IMG/VR virus record: IMGVR_UViG_3300028591_000197
Origin: a virus
Strand: one strand, 5' to 3'
Length of the DNA: 64,000 nt
The notes under the pieces were generated by a model that was not told where the DNA came from, searched no databases, and worked only from the letters and a program-made list of their open reading frames with translations. Numbering within the stretch: the first letter of the stretch is position 1; the number at the start of each line of letters is the position of its first letter. The position numbers and the translations under genes were made by a program. Below, in pieces: positions 62,817-64,000 of this stretch.

Positions 62817-63608
62817 TTATTGCATCATCATTATAAATGAGCTATCTTCTCAAGCCATAGTTACAGGTAATTTACCATCCCATCTTTCAATCCATTTTAA
62901 TTTTACATATTCAGCACCTCATTGGTTTTGAATAGCTTTAGCTTGAATTTCAATAGCCTTAGCTTGTGCTTCAGCTGCAACAACTTTCTGCTCAGCTTCA
63001 TACTTCACCTGTTCTAGCTTATTCTTTTCAGCTAATGCATTCTGTTCAGCTGTTACCTTAGCTTCAATAGCATCGTTGAATGATTTAGAGAAGTTGAAGT
63101 TTACAATGTTAAATGATTGAATTTGAATTCCATAAGCATCTAACTTCTTGTTTAAAGCATCTTCAATTTCTTTAGATACAACACTTCTTTCTGTGATTAA
63201 TTGTTCAGCAGAGAACTTAGCTACAACAGATTTAAACACTTCTTGGATAGCTGGTTCTAGAACTTTCTCTTGTACTTTTTCTTCCCTACCTACATTTTTG
63301 TATAGGTTAACTACCTCACTTTCTTTGAATTTGTAATTCACTACAATTGTAGCATCAACAGTCTGCAAATCCTTTGAGCTAGCTTCAGTAACTCATTCAG
63401 CTTTTTGTGTCTGTATATTATATTTTACAGACTTAGTAATGAATGGAGTTTTAAAATGTAACCCATCCGTGTAAACAGTACTGTTAACTTTTCCTAGTGT
63501 AACAGTAAATCAATTGTATCCAGGTTCAACTACAAACCAAGAGTTAAAACCACAGATAACTAGGAGTAAAACGATGATACTCCAACATCAAACCATAAAG
63601 TTTTTCAT
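62817..63608 (-). CDS. SPFH / band-7 (prohibitin / HflC / stomatin-like) membrane protein (about 263 aa)
   Basis: An N-terminal TM helix is followed by EPGYNGFTVTLGKV...GLHFKTPFITKSVKYNIQTQ...TVDATIVVNYKF... and a coiled-coil AEQNALAEKNKLEQVKYEAEQKVVAAEAQAKA. Track ORF 62919..63368 is an internal part. Confidence 0.6.
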
Positions 63609-63641
63609 AACATATATGAATAAAAAAATAAAAACTAATTT

Positions 63642-63797
63642 TTATGGACGAGGTAATTTCCTTATCCAACTTTTAAGCCAATCGCTTATCCAATCACCCA
63701 GTTCACCATCTGTAGCAAGGTCAATCACAACAAATAAGAATAGCAATCAAACAATTATAATCCCTATTATAGGTCCAGTTCACCAAACTTCGTTCAT
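63642..63797 (-). CDS. mini membrane protein B (about 51 aa), paralog of the next gene
   Basis: MNEVWGTGPIIGIIIVGLLFLFVVIDLATDGELGDWISDWLKSWIRKLPRP. Confidence 0.4.
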
Positions 63798-63821
63798 AGT
63801 AATACAAACAAGAAATAAAAG

Positions 63822-63992
63822 TTATTCTTTATCTAATTTTTTATGTAGCCATTCTTTAGCCCTATCCTGTATGAGTTCTGACAACTCCCCATCAAAAAGT
63901 CATAAATCAACTATCATAAATATCACAGAGAGAAGTCCTCCAATAAGGATTATTGCTACTATAGTAAGAAAAATTCAAAGTATTAGTCACAT
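63822..63992 (-). CDS. mini membrane protein A (about 56 aa), paralog of the previous gene
   Basis: MGLILGIFLTIVAIILIGGLLSVIFMIVDLGLFDGELSELIQDRAKEWLHKKLDKE. It shares the TM + DGEL motif architecture with gene B. Confidence 0.4.
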
Positions 63993-64000
63993 AGTAATAT

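Noticed and set aside
1-64000. CRISPR arrays
   Set aside because: No spaced direct-repeat array was found. The only tandem repeats are coding repeats (fibre, LRR, the 47557 gene) and short intergenic duplications.

Overview
This 64-kb window is an internal stretch of a tailed-phage (or prophage) genome, about 33% GC, that cannot be read with the standard genetic code. In-frame TGA occurs in nearly every gene on both strands and is never used as a stop; all gene ends I traced are TAA or TAG. The sequence shows TGA = glycine (translation table 25, the Gracilibacteria/Absconditabacteria code), not tryptophan, on four grounds. First, the terminase large-subunit Walker A box is tga-cct-agg-tga-tga-ggt-aaa-tca, which reads GPRGGGKS. 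Second, the tail-fibre beta-helix motifs VGGGLSV, SFGGNATFVGN and GGYSVRCFKD only make sense with Gly. Third, in the giant ORFs TGA is about 6.5% of codons while GGN is only about 2.7% and TGG already about 2%. Fourth, tga-tga dipeptides are frequent, and GG is common while WW is not. The supplied six-frame track therefore shatters every gene except the one long ORF that happens to lack TGA, which is the putative major capsid protein. Re-translated with TGA = Gly, the plus strand from about 1.9 to 51.4 kb carries a late, structural block. It runs in order: a basic protein (possible TerS), TerL, two consecutive giant ORFs of about 993 and 2767 aa, putative portal, acidic scaffold-like protein, putative MCP with no TGA, and a large unknown protein. 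It continues with a run of about 11 tail-fibre or adhesin genes that shuffle modules among themselves: Fibrobacter-succinogenes-type paralogous domains (TIGR02145-like), BspA-like LRR, LamG, C1q-like, and a 1607-aa mega-fibre. A lysis cassette follows (glutaredoxin-like protein, papain-like peptidase, Phage_holin_4_1 holin). The minus strand from 64 to 51.4 kb carries early, replication-type genes: SSB with a DTDELPF tail, RusA resolvase, an orphan C5 cytosine methyltransferase, a sigma-like region-4 protein, and an SPFH/band-7 protein preceded by two tandem paralogous mini-membrane proteins. The two blocks converge on a bidirectional terminator at about 51.39 kb. A perfectly conserved 16-nt element TATAATCTATATATAG occurs four times, with one degenerate fifth copy, always in intergenic promoter positions and on both strands. 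It ends in ...TATAG like the promoters of single-subunit phage RNA polymerases, and contains the palindrome CTATATATAG. All coordinates for re-translated genes are hand-derived and may be off by a few nucleotides. All functions are motif-level inferences from my own translation, with no database searches run.
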